DNA of 64,000 nucleotides, taken from Azolla caroliniana. Taxonomy: Eukaryota; Plantae; Polypodiophyta. This document shows, piece after piece, positions 42,764-55,243 of the stretch. The DNA lies in assembly GCA_043228905.1 (NCBI GenBank), contig JBHGNT010000009.1:19158001-19222000 (forward strand). Reading direction: 5' to 3'. Each line of letters begins with the position of its first letter. Position 1 is the first letter of the stretch. The notes under the pieces are model-generated. The model did no database searches and was not told the DNA's origin. It saw nothing but the letters and a program-made list of their open reading frames with translations. Both the position numbers and the translations under genes were made by a program.

Positions 42764-45700
42764 TATTAGGAAACAGGTCCCTCCGGATGGGAAGTGAGAA
42801 GAACCGTGTTGATGAGCAACTCGGCTAAGGCCGATTGGCCGAGGCCAAATCCGGAAATCGTGGAGATAGCCAACACAGAAGGCTAAACTTGTAAATAGTC
42901 GAAAGGTATATAAGTACTTAGGGCAATCATGTTAATATGAGGAGTGCGTTATTGTAAAGTTACTGTTGACAAGGTTGTTGCCTCCGTAACTGTGAGAGTG
43001 AACGAGTGTGAGTGGAAGCGTGTGAGCTCCATAGCCGCCTGTTGGCGAAGCAGGATCTCGAGGTCGTTGCCTCTGAGATCTCTGATTGTATTCCTTTCTC
43101 TCATAGTGTTCTGTTCGGAGTTTGTGGACTCCACGTGGTTTTTCCCAGTTCGGGTTTCCACGTTAAAATCTGTGTCATTCTCAGTTTCTGTATTCTGTTT
43201 TTCCTTTCCATTAGATCGACTATTATTCCGCACACTTACAACCGGTTGTGGCCAGCAATGACTTTTTTTCCCCTTTCAAACTGGTATCAGAGCGAGCAAC
43301 ACAGAAAATGGAAGGAGGCAGGAGCGGCTTCCCAGGTATGATGGTTCTAAATTCACAGAACTATGCAGACTAGAAGATTAAGATGGAAGACCTTCTCATT
43401 GTAAAAGACCTGTACGAGCCAATTGACAAATCGGAAACACCAAAGGGGGTATTGGAGTCAGATTGGAGGCCTTTGAATAGGAAAGCCATGGCCACTATCC
43501 GACAGTGTGTCGACGTAAGTGTCCTTCAGCACGTGGCGAATGACACGAATGCCCACGAGATGTGGCAGAAGCTATCAGGTCTTTATGAGAGGAAGAATGC
43601 GCTCAACATAACCTCATTGATGAGGAAAATAGTAAACCTAAAATACAGAGACGGCGAGAGCATGATTGGACACGTAAGCACATTCATGGGGTATGTAAAT
43701 CAACTTGCAGCGATCAAGTTCCCCTTGGATGATGCAATGGAGGCAATCATGCTGATGTGTACGTTGCTGGAAAGCTGGGAGAACTTGGTGGTTACTCTCA
43801 GCACCGCCTGCCAAGAAGAGAACTTGTCTTTGCAGACGGTGAAGACAAGCATCCTGAACGAGGAGGCGCGTCGAAAGGACAAGGAACCGATCCCCAACTC
43901 AAAAGCGATCCTTTCCGAATCAGAACCTGGAAGACAAAGGAACCGGAGTCCCTAGAACCGGGAAAAATCAGGGACACGATCAAAGTCAAGAGGGAGGCGT
44001 ACTTGCTTCTAGTGTGGGAAGCCGGGGCACTTCCAGAAGAACTGTCGGCATTTCCGGAAAGACAAGGAAATCGACAGTACCGATTCGAAGAAGTCATCGG
44101 ATTGAAACGGTTCTGATCGGTGAGGGCAGCACCGGAAAGGAACAACGGCAATCGCGGCAAACGAAGAGGAGGTAATGCGTATCACCAAGGAGAGTGAGTT
44201 GAACCTTGCCGGCGACGAGATGACCTAGGTGGTCGATTCCGGAGCGTCGTTCCATCTGACCCCGGATAGAAAATGCTTCTCATCCTACTCAGTTAGTGAC
44301 CACGGCCGTGTTCGAATGGGGAATGAAGGTACATGCCGAATTGTCAGCATAGGAGATATGTGGTTGACGACATCAACCGGATGCAAGATGCTGCTCAAGG
44401 ATGTTCGACATGATTCGGAGGTTCGATTGAACCTAATATCAGCCGGTCGGCATGATGATGAAGGCTACACGGGTAGCATCCGGAACGGTGTTATGAAGTT
44501 CAGCAAAGGGAGCCTGATTGTGGCTCAGGCCCGGAAAGTCAACACTCTGTACCTGATGAATACTCGGTTATGTCCGGAGGAAGTGAACGTGGCATCCAAC
44601 ATTGCCGGTGAGTTGTGGCACAAGAGGCTGTGTCACATGAGTGAGAAGGGGATGAAGAGGCTTGCAAATGACAACCTCATTCCAGTGAAGAACGTGCACT
44701 TGAAGAAGTGCATTGATTGTTTGGCCGGTAAAAAAAAACGGACCTCCTTCCGATCGAGCCCACCGATGAGACGTAATGCATCACTGGAGTTGGTGCATAC
44801 TGATGTGTGTCAAGTGGACACGAAGTCACATGCCGGATCGCAGTACTTCGTGATGTTCATTCATGACCACAGCCGGAAGCTTTGGGCCACACCGTTGAAG
44901 ATGAAGGATCAGGTGCTATCCGTCTTCAAAGAGCTCCACGTGAGAGTGGAAAGAGAAACCGGCCGGAAGCTGAAGGTGGTTCGAACAGATAACGAAGGAG
45001 AATACCGGGGGCAGTTCGAGGAGTACTGTCACTCGAAGGGAATCCGGCTCGAATTTACCGTGCCGAAGACACCGGAACCAAATGGGTTGGACAAGAGGAT
45101 GAACCAGACCATAATGGAGAGGGTCCGGAGTGTGCTGGCGCATGTAAAATTATCCAAGACGTTTTGGGCTGAGGCACTATCAACGGCGACATATGTGATA
45201 AACAGATCACCCTCAGTACCCTTGGACAGAGACATGCCGCAGAGAGTCTGGACCAGTAAGGAAGTGTCCTACCGGCATCTGAAGGTATTCAAGTGTCTTG
45301 CATATGTGCATGTAGCTAAGGACCGGAGAGGAAAGTTAGATCCGAAGACCTGGCCATGCATATTCCTCGGCTACGGCGACGATGAGTTCGGCTACCGAGT
45401 GTGGGACCCGGTCGACCAGAAAGTATTCCGCAGTCGAGATATTAGCTTCATGAAGGACAAGAGGCTCGCCGACTGGGAATCGGAGAAGAAGATAATGAAC
45501 TCTGAGTCGACCGGTAAGGAAAATTTTCAATTTGATGAAATGCAGTTCCAACTGGCAAGAAGTTGGTTAGCACTCGATGAACCGGTCGATGACGGTGAGG
45601 AGACAAAACCGGCCGAAGAAGAACGAATAGGTGAAACCGAAACCGGACAAGACCCCGAATCGGATTCGGATGAAGAGCAAATGGAGGAGCTGGATATCCT

Positions 45701-47857
45701 CTCAGAGAGAGAAGGGCCCCCCGGAGATTTCCTGATCCAGAGCACGTGTTGTTAACCGATGAGGGGGAACCAGAAAGCTTTGAGGAAGCTAAAAGTGATG
45801 GTTAAGTGCCATGCAGGATGAGATGGGTTCCCTAGATGAGAACTATACGTACAAATTGGTGGAGTTGTCGAAAGGAAAGCGGGCACTCCGAAACAAGTGG
45901 GTGTACAAGTTGAAACCGGGAGATGCCGGCAACCCCCCGAGATACAAAGCCAGGATCGTGGTGAAGGGGTTCCAGCAGAAGAAGGGTGTGGACTTCGATG
46001 AGATATTTGCCCCGGTAGTAAAAATGACTTCCATCCGGACGGTGCTGAGCATAGCGGAAAGCATGGACCTCGAGGTAGAGCAACTGGACGCGAAGACGAC
46101 ATTTCTTCACGGTGACCTCGAAGAGGAGATCTACATGCAGCAACCGGAAGGATTCGTGGAGAAAGGGAAGGAGCACCTGGTTTGCCGGTTGAAGAAGAGC
46201 CTGTATGGACTGAAGCAAGCTCCCCGACAATGGTACTGGAAGTTCGACTCCTTCATGACCGACCAAGGGTATCACAAAACGCAAACCGATCACTGCGTGT
46301 TTGTGAAGAAGCTCGAAAGAGGCGACTTCCTAATACTCCTTCTATACGTGGACGACATGTTGATCGTCGGATAGGACCAAGCCAAAATACGGATGCTGAA
46401 GAAGGCTCTCAACCGAACTTTCTCAATGAAAGACTTGGACCCGGCAAGACAGATACTAGGGATGCACATCATCCGGGACCGTTCAAAGAAGCAATTGTGG
46501 TTGTCACAGGAGAAATACGTGACAAAGGTGCTTCAGCGGTTCAACATGTTAGAAGCGAAACCGGTCGGATCGACACTCCCGGCAAACTGCAGATTATCCG
46601 GTAAGCAAAGCCTGAAGACGAAAGTAGAGAAGGCAGATATGATGAAGGTTCCATATGCCTCTGCCGTCGGGAGCTTAATGTACGCAATGGTGTGTACTCG
46701 ACCGGATATTGGATACGCAGTCGGAGTGGTGAGTCGGTTTATGAGCAATCCGGGCAAGGAGCACTGGAACGCGGTCAAATGGATACTCCAGTACCTGAAG
46801 GGCACTTTGAATATGTGTCTCCAATTCGGCTCTGGTAAACCTTAACTTGATGGTTTTACCGATTCAGATATGTCGGCTGATGTGGATACCAGCCGGTCTA
46901 CATCGGTCTACATCCGGGTATGTAATGACATATGTAGGGGGAGCTCTTTTGTGGCAATCGAGGCTGTAGAAGACAGTTGCGTTGTCAACCACGGAGGCAA
47001 AGTACATGGCGGCTGTTGAAGCCGGCAAGGAAATATTATGGATGAAGGACTTCATCAGAGAGCTCGATATCCAGCAAGATGAATACCAGCTCTATCGCGA
47101 TAGTCAAAATGCCATCCACCTTGCTAAGAACACAGCGTACCATTCCAGGACGAAGCACATCCAACGTAGGTATCACTGGATCCGGGAGCGAGTAGAAGAT
47201 CGAGAGTTCGCGCTGACGAAGATCCACACGGCCGAGAACGGGTCAAATATGCTGACCAAAGTACTAATACCCAACAAGCTGGATGCATGTCGGAAGCGAA
47301 TCGGACTAGTAAGACATCCCATGCCGGAGTGAAGGGGGAGTTTGTTAGGAAACAGGTCCCTCCGGATGGGAAGTGAGAAGAACCGTGTTGATGAGCAACT
47401 CGGCTAAGGCCGATTGGCCGAGGCCAAATCCGGAAATCGTGGAGATAGCCAACACGGAAGGCCAAACTTGTAAATAGTCGAAAGGTATATAAGTACTTAG
47501 GGCAATCATGTTAATATGAGGAGTGCGTTATTGTAAAGTTACTGTTGACGAGGTTGTTGCCTCCGTAACTGTGAGAGTGAACGAGTGTGAGTGGAAGCGT
47601 GTGAGCTCCATAGCCGCCTGTTGGCGAAGCAAGATCTTGAGGTCGTTGCCTCTGAGATCTCTGATTGTATTCCTTTCTCTCATAGTGTTCTGTTCGGAGT
47701 TTGTGGACTCCACGTGGTTTTTCCCCTTTCCGGTTTCCACGTTAAAATCTGTGTCATTCTCAGTTTCTGTATTTTGTTTTTCCTTTCCATTAGATCGACT
47801 ATTATTCCGCACACGTACAACCGGTTGTGGCCGGCAACGACTTTTTTTTCCCTTTCA
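42764..47857 (+). mobile_element. Element I: full-length degenerate relative of Copia E
   Basis: TSD CAACC at 42759-42763 and 47858-47862. 515-bp LTRs 42764-43278 and 47343-47857. PBS 43282-43293. Confidence 0.95.
43308..47332 (+). pseudogene. I gag-pol pseudogene
   Basis: Collinear with the E polyprotein, with multiple TAG stops and small indels. Confidence 0.93.
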
Positions 47858-48262
47858 CAACCTCACATCAACAAGATGTCATCCCAACCATTTTGATATG
47901 AGCATGCATTTGTATATAATAGTTTAGTACATTTCAGAATTATAATATTCTAGTTGTTAGTATATTCTAGAAATATTGTACAGTATATTCTAGACGAGTA
48001 TATTCTAGAGATATTTCTCGAGTATATTCTAGAGATATTCAATCTCGGAACTTGTATAAATACTTGTAACCTCCTTGGTCCCTTTCAAGGGATTCAACAC
48101 CAGTCATTGACACATCAATCTAGTACTCTCGTTTCATGCCATATTGTCTCCTTCTTCATCTCCATCTTCATGCTCTTGTGTTATTCCTAGCTTCTTACGT
48201 TCCATGCTCATAGCTCCATCATTTGTGCTATGTTTGAGTCCGCAGTTGGTGTGTCCGTGACA

Positions 48263-49560
48263 GGAGCCAACAGAACTAACAGTTACAAAGAGAAGGAGAG
48301 GATGCTTATGTAGTCACCTTCTCTCTATGTTCTCTCACTACAACTACCACTTGGAAAACGTGGAAAATTAACTACCTACTAAATATGTGTCATAGGACTT
48401 ATCATCTATGACACTTAGTTTATAATATAAGGAGGTCAGATGTCCACACACTTGGGTATTCCTAAGGTGTGTTCCCACATTAGGGAAGTTGAGTTTGATT
48501 CTCAACACACGTCGTTGTTCGCACATGATTTTCTTCGACCAGTAGCATCGACTGGAGATTAAAGAAGGGAGGGTTCCCCCTTGCGAGGAAAACCGATCTT
48601 ATCACGCTAAATTGAGGTGTTAGGCCACCGAGGCATATTTGCACCATTTCATCGTCATCAATGTTGACATTGATCAACCCGACGGAATCTCACAAATCCT
48701 TGATCTTCAATGTGTAGTTGTTGATTGACATATCCCTTTGTTGGATATTGTTCAACTCTTCTCGGAGTTGAAGTTTTCATGTGGTTGTGTTTGTATACCT
48801 TTTTGAGGTTCTCCCATCCCTCCTTCGATGTTTTGGCATCTTGGATGTTGCTAAGCATGTGATCATGAACGCATGATGCAACGCAGTACAACACATGGCT
48901 TGCTACTTGCTCCCATGCTAGGTAGTCAGCGTGTGTTGGGTTGGGTTGTGTTTCTTGTGCTCCTTCAATATAAATCCAATAGCCTTGGCCAACAAGGTAT
49001 TGGTGCATCTTGTATTCCCAAGATGCAACGTTATTTCTATCAAGCTTTTCATTAGGGAGAGAGCTACCCATCTAAGTGTTCATGATGGTCGACTTGTGAT
49101 TTCTTCTTCTTTGTGATACAAACTGTGCAGGGTTGCTACTACAGGGATCTATTGGTTCTTCGTGAACGTCGTCGTAGGTACAACACATGCGGATGAGCTT
49201 GGATCAAGCTACCAAACGCTCTGATACCATGTTGCAATGGAAGTGATCTATGTGTGTGCGTCAAACACACACACACACACAGAACACAAGGTATACAGAA
49301 AACAAGAAAACTTGTATTCACAAGGATCAAGCTGAACCAATAAAACCAACAATTACAAAGAGAAGGAGAAGGTGCTTATGTTCTCTCACTACAAATACCA
49401 CTTGGAAAAGAGGTGGAGACATAACAACCTACTAAATATGTGTCATAGGACTTAACTTCTATGACACTTAGTTTATAATACAAGGAGGTTGGATGTTCAC
49501 ACACTTGGGTATTCCTAAGGTGTGTTCCCACATTAGGGAAGTTGGGTTTGATTCTCAATA
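48263..49560 (-). mobile_element. Element J: short Copia remnant (LTR, PBS, partial gag, partial second LTR)
   Basis: LTR 49230-49560, PBS 49218-49229, gag 49071-48508, similar LTR 48263-48507. Confidence 0.82.
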
Positions 49561-51271
49561 GACACCAGAGGGACCATAATCAATTGAACCACCTTAAGCT
49601 ATACATGAGAAGGCCAAAATTGAAACCGCCAATACATAAACTTATCCTCCAATGTTTTGGATACCCACTCAATATGTTTTAAATGAGAAACTTCTACCCC
49701 AAGTAGATATTGAAGGTGACGACAAATCATACCATGATGTAATATCCTTCATGACCACCCCAACCCTAACCCATCTTGTTTAGTACATGAAATGATGATA
49801 GATTTATGCATATTAATTCTTAACCCTAAAGCATTTGAAAACAATTCCCACGCATATCCTCTTACTAATATTCCTGATTAGGTGTCAAAAACATGGCATG
49901 CTCATCTGCGAGAGCTTGAACGATACATGGCTTCCCTGATGGTAACCTTAGTCCAAACAAGTTTTCCTCCATAACCATATTGTGTAATTTAACAATAATA
50001 GAATGTGTCGCAATAGTGAATATAAGGACTAGTTGGGCACAATCACACACAAGGCATGCACTCATAGTTACATAAAATAAAACATTGAATAGTGGATTCC
50101 TCACCAAGTGGACATTGTACATAAATACTCAAGTGGGGTTATTATTCACGAGTGTCACATTCGAAGCATTGAAGACGATGTTGATTTCGAAAAAAAAGAA
50201 GACAAGAATTTGGATTACCTTGAGACCAAGATGACAAGGGTGCTGAAAACTGGCGTTGAACCATAATGGTTCAACACTACCCAGATTTCCATTTATATAA
50301 CATTCATAGGATCACGAATTATCACCACTTGGCATACATGTTGTGTGCCACTTGGCGGTCACCCATTGAGTCCAATGCCAAATACTCTAAAAAATAATAA
50401 TATGAAAATATATTTGTTTCAAGGTTAGCACAGGTTTAAATCTTAGTATTGACAATTTGTGACATCATCCTCTCCTTTAACATTTTGTGACAACGAGCAC
50501 ACAATTATGCACCACCTTGGGTGTTCACACCTTTTTCCTATACAAACAATCACGAGAAAAACAAAAAAAGGGGAAACCTTACTCTTGAGCACCCATCCAC
50601 ACCTACATTCTCCAAGGAAACTCTAAGTGTTCCCGAAATATAACGTGGAACATTTTTTGTCACATGCATTCACATCATCTCAAATGGATAACTTCAATCA
50701 ACTTTATAGGCGTAATCTTCAATCTCGTCTTCCTTGGTTCAAGACCCTAGTGATCCTGTTCAAATATCATACATGCATGCAAATTTCTTTGATTGTGGCA
50801 TTCATCATTTCCCCCACAATGTCATACTCTACCTCTTGTGGGGAGAAAGTGAAAGTCCTTCCATATATATGTTTGTGGGGATGAGTAAAAGGAACCCATC
50901 CCCACAAATATGGAGCTTCCCTCATGCCATGAAGGTGCGTCTAATTCCTTTCAAGTTTGTTAGACTAGGATAATTCTATCACAAGCTATCCTCTAAAAAG
51001 AGAGTGATCTTTGACTTGATCCTCATATCTACAAATTTGTACTTCCTATTTTCTTTGACCTCATGTATGGCAACATCTCATAAGAGAGACCTATGCACGC
51101 TTAATGTGTTCACCTATTAGAGTGTGTGACCTCAAACATTGTCTAATCCCAAACCAAGTGAAGAATCTTGTGCAATATATTTGATATTTACTAGAAGCAA
51201 CGATTATGTTAGTCATGGGTAATACCTAAAGGTAAAGAGGGATGTTTGGGGGAGAAGCTATTGAGGGATGA

Positions 51272-53792
51272 TGTTCAGCCAATAGGACTGTAGTAGAGAT
51301 GAGACTAGAGACACGCATAAAAAAGGTTATTATATTACTTAACCCTAAAAAAAAGAGGTGTGTTCATATTACAGAAGGAGGTGTCCTGTCTAGGTGAACA
51401 ATCTGTTCACATGTATGAATAATTACCTAATTTGTGAATTACGGGCCTTTACACCGAACAACCTCCCACTTAAAGGTTTTATGTGAACATTCAAGTAAAT
51501 CCTGCTAGCTATATGCAATGCTCATGTTGAGCTTTACCAAGACTTTTAGTGAGAATATCTGTAGGATTATCCTATGTTTTGATCTTGGTCAATGTGACTA
51601 GACCATCCTCCAAAACTTGTCTGATAAAGTGATGTCGCACATCAATGTGTTTGGTGCGCGAATGAAACATGGCCTTCTTAGCTAGATACACAACACTTTG
51701 GCTATCACATCCTAACACAGGAGTACTAACAAACATGCCAAGGTCTTCAAAAAGTCTGTTGAGCCATATAGCGTCTTTGAAGCTTCTATAGCTGAAATAT
51801 ATTCACCTTTAGTAATACTCAGTGCTACAATCTTTTGCAATTTGGAACGCCAAGACACTGCTCCACCAGCAACTAAAAATATACACCCGCTAGTAGATTT
51901 GCATGTATCCAAATCACCTGCCATGTCTGCATCACAATATCCCTGCAAACTTAATACACCCTTCCCATACCATAAACATTTTCTCTGTGTACCTTTAAGA
52001 TACCTAAAAACACACTTGACAGCCTCCCAATGTGCTTTGCCGGGATTAGACATATAGCGTCTGACAACTCCCACTACATAAGCAATATCTGGACGAGTAG
52101 TTACCATAGCATACATTAGAGAACCACATGCTGATGCATAAGGAATTCCCTTCATAGCATTGACTTCCATCTCATCCTTTGGACAAAAAGGAACTCCAAG
52201 GGACTTTGCTTTTGCGATATTAAATCTGTTAAGCACTTTTTCAATATATTTTTCTTGTGACAAAAAGAACAATTTGTCCTGTCTGTTTCTACTGATTCTC
52301 ATCCCCAAAATATGCTCTGCATTTCCCAAATCTTTCATAGAGAAGGCCGATTTCAGTTGATCTTTTAGAGCATCAAGACTAGTCTTTCTTTTCCCAGGTA
52401 GCAACATATCATCCACATATAGAACAAGTATGATGGGACTATCATCTATATCCTTTTTCGTGTATAAACAATGATCTGCATAGCTACGATCAAAACCTTG
52501 AGAAAGCATAAAAGTATCAAACTTCTTATACCAATGTCATGGTGCCTGTTTTAGGCCATGCAGGCTACGTTTTAGTTTGTATACCAAATGCTCCTTGTTA
52601 GGGACTACAAAACCCTCAAGTTGTTTCATGTAGATCCCTTCATCAATATCACCATGCAAAAAAGCGGTCTTTACATCCATTTGGTACAACTCTAGATTAA
52701 GCATTGCAGTGAGAGCAAATAGCACACAAAGTGTGGTCATCTTCACAACAGGAGAGAAGACCTCTTCGAAGTCAATACCTTCATGTGCATAACCCTTGGC
52801 AACTAATCTTGCCTTGTATTTTGGTTTCTGTTCAATTTTCTTTACTTTATAAACCCATTTATTCGGAAGAGCTTTCCTTCCTTCAAGTAAGGACACAATA
52901 TCCCAAGTATCATTTGCATGCAACGATTTTATTTCTTCTTGCATTGCAAGCTCCCACTTACTGTTAAGTTCACATGACATTGCTTCCTTATAAGTAAGAG
53001 GTACACCCTCATCTAACAGCATGTCATAATGCAAAGAGGGATCATATCAATATACCTGCCTCCTTAAACGATTAGACCGACGTACCGAATGATCTGTATT
53101 TTCTAGGATTGGTTCTAAATCTGGAGGAAAATTAGTTTCGGCGCTTTCTGGCTATTGCAAACCATGTCTAGCATGTTGTTCAACATCTATATTTCGTTGT
53201 TCAATGCCTTCATCTTGTTGTCCAACACCTTCATGAGCATCTCTTTGTTGTCCCACTTTTTCAAGCTCAAGGATAACCGATTGATCATCATATTCAACCT
53301 TTGGTATAGCATCATGAGGTTTATTTTTCAGATTTTGTGGATGGTTGTAATTGCTAAAATGTAACGCTCTTAGAGTTCCCAATAGAGGAGCAAGCATTTT
53401 TCAGCAATTTTTCTTCATTAAAAACATCTCAGCTGCGTACAATTTTTCTAGACTGAGGTAACCAAATCCTATAGCCTATTTCACCTTCATCACCATTGCT
53501 CATAAAAATTCCCATGGTGGATTTAGCATTGAGCTTGTTTCTCAATTCACTTTTAATGTGTACAAATGCATCACAACCGAAAATTTGTAAATGGTCATAT
53601 GAGGCTGGTTTGCCAATCCAAACCTCCTCAGAGATTCCATTCTTTAAGGACTTGTTAGGAGAACGATTACATATATGAACTGTGGTTTTTAATGCTTCTC
53701 CCCAAAATTCATGAAGGAGATTAACTGTGGACAGCATGCACCATACTCGCTCACACAATGTCCTATTATACCTTTCTGCCACCCCATAATGC
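51272..53792 (-). mobile_element. Element M: old AT-rich 5'-truncated Copia (INT, RT, RH, short 3' LTR)
   Basis: GVAERYNRTL, MDVKTAFLHG, LYVDDML. PPT 51461-51472. Probable LTR 51272-51460 with TGTTC/GAACA ends. Confidence 0.85.
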
Positions 53793-53799
53793 TTAATAT

Positions 53800-54380
53800 T
53801 TATAATGAACAAACCTTATAATAACACAATATTATATTAAATTGTTAAACCCCTTGCTTGACTGTGAGGTTCTAGTCATGATAAGTATTCAAGGTGTTAT
53901 TCTAGTGACTAATAAAATGGCTACACCTTATTTTCATACATAAAGGTAAGAGTAAAAAACTTAGTACTCATAATGACCAAACGTTATGATAACACTATAT
54001 TACATTAAATTGTTAAACGGCTCACTACACCTTATGGTACGTATTGAGGGTGTTACTCTGGTGTTACTCTAGTGACCGATTCAACGGTTACACCTTATTT
54101 TCATACTTATTTGTATAGTAAAAAGTTTAATTTTCATTTCTTTTTTTTCCAAAAGAAAACTCCTTCCATTAAAAAGCTTAATTTTCATTATGAACAAACC
54201 TTATAATAACGTAATATTACATTAAATTGTTAAAACTTAAACCCCTTGCGAGACCATATAATTTTAGTCATGATAAATATTGAAAATACAATGGCTAAAC
54301 CTTATTTTCATGCACGAAGCTTAGTGCTCATGATAGCCAAACATTATAATGACTCAATATTGCATTAAAATGTTTAACCT
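53800..54380. repeat. Degenerate AT-rich tandem repeat, about 4 units
   Basis: ATGAACAAACCTTATAATAACAC...ATTAAATTGTTAAA recurs near 53805, 53973, 54190 and 54330. Confidence 0.75.
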
Positions 54381-55243
54381 TAGTGCACTAGTTGTGTAAC
54401 ATTGTCCGTATGAGTAAGGCCACATAAACCTAAACTTGGCATGTCTACCAATTTTTTCGAATTCTCTCAAGACCAGCACTACAAAATGGCTAACCCTATA
54501 CATATCCCTAATTTACTACATATAATATTGAATGTCCAACTAGAATTGCAACATTCTCATACATGAAGCCATAACATCTCGACTTTGATGCATCAGCACC
54601 TCAATAAAATTGATTTCATCACATTAACACATCAATAAATACCCCAAGGAAAATCAATGCAATATAAATTCATGCCGTGCACATAGATTACAATGGGATG
54701 TGTCATGTATACTTCAACCTTAGAGCCCTCTTTTTAGATTAAGAATGTGGTATCGCTATTGATCATAGTTCACTTTGTGACTAACAATGCCAAGGAAAAA
54801 TCACATATCCATAAAATTTCTTAGATACTCGATATGAACCATGGATTACGACCTAAACAGAAGAACTAACCATTACAATAAATTTGAAGGTTCTCATCAT
54901 GAACAATCACCAATAGATTCTCATGTTGTCTTAAAATTACATTTTCTTGATCATTGTGCAAAAAAATGGTCTAGGTATTCACAATTTACATAATCCAATA
55001 TTTCCAGGCTTTTCTACCAGCAAACATTTGCACCCTTGTGGTTTCGATATAGCTCAATTCCATTCAACGAGAGAATGGGAAAGCATGGGAGGGGAATCAA
55101 AAGCAAAAATGTACAAATGTACACATAGAAACCTCATCAGCGAGTTATAATGCATCGAAGAGGTGTATGAATTAAATTAGATGCCATTTTTATAAATGGG
55201 ATGATATGAATTGCTTTAGATTTTCCTATGAGACCACTTTTTT

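Larger units (their letters stand above)
42723..48262 (+). repeat. LTR L (G-like architecture), split by Copia I into 42723-42763 and 47858-48262
   Basis: Preceded by purine tract AAAAGGTAGGCAAGAGATAG. Contains a TATTCTAGA array, TATAAATA at 48055, and ends GTGACA. Confidence 0.65.

Noticed and set aside
47877-48262. Independent solo LTR starting TGTCAT at 47877
   Set aside because: No TSD (CAAGA versus GGAGC); better explained as part of LTR L starting at 42723.
50255-50275. Palindrome GTTGAACCAT-A-ATGGTTCAAC in the unassigned 49561-51271 region
   Set aside because: Isolated; I found no matching TIRs, TSD or transposase to call a DNA transposon.
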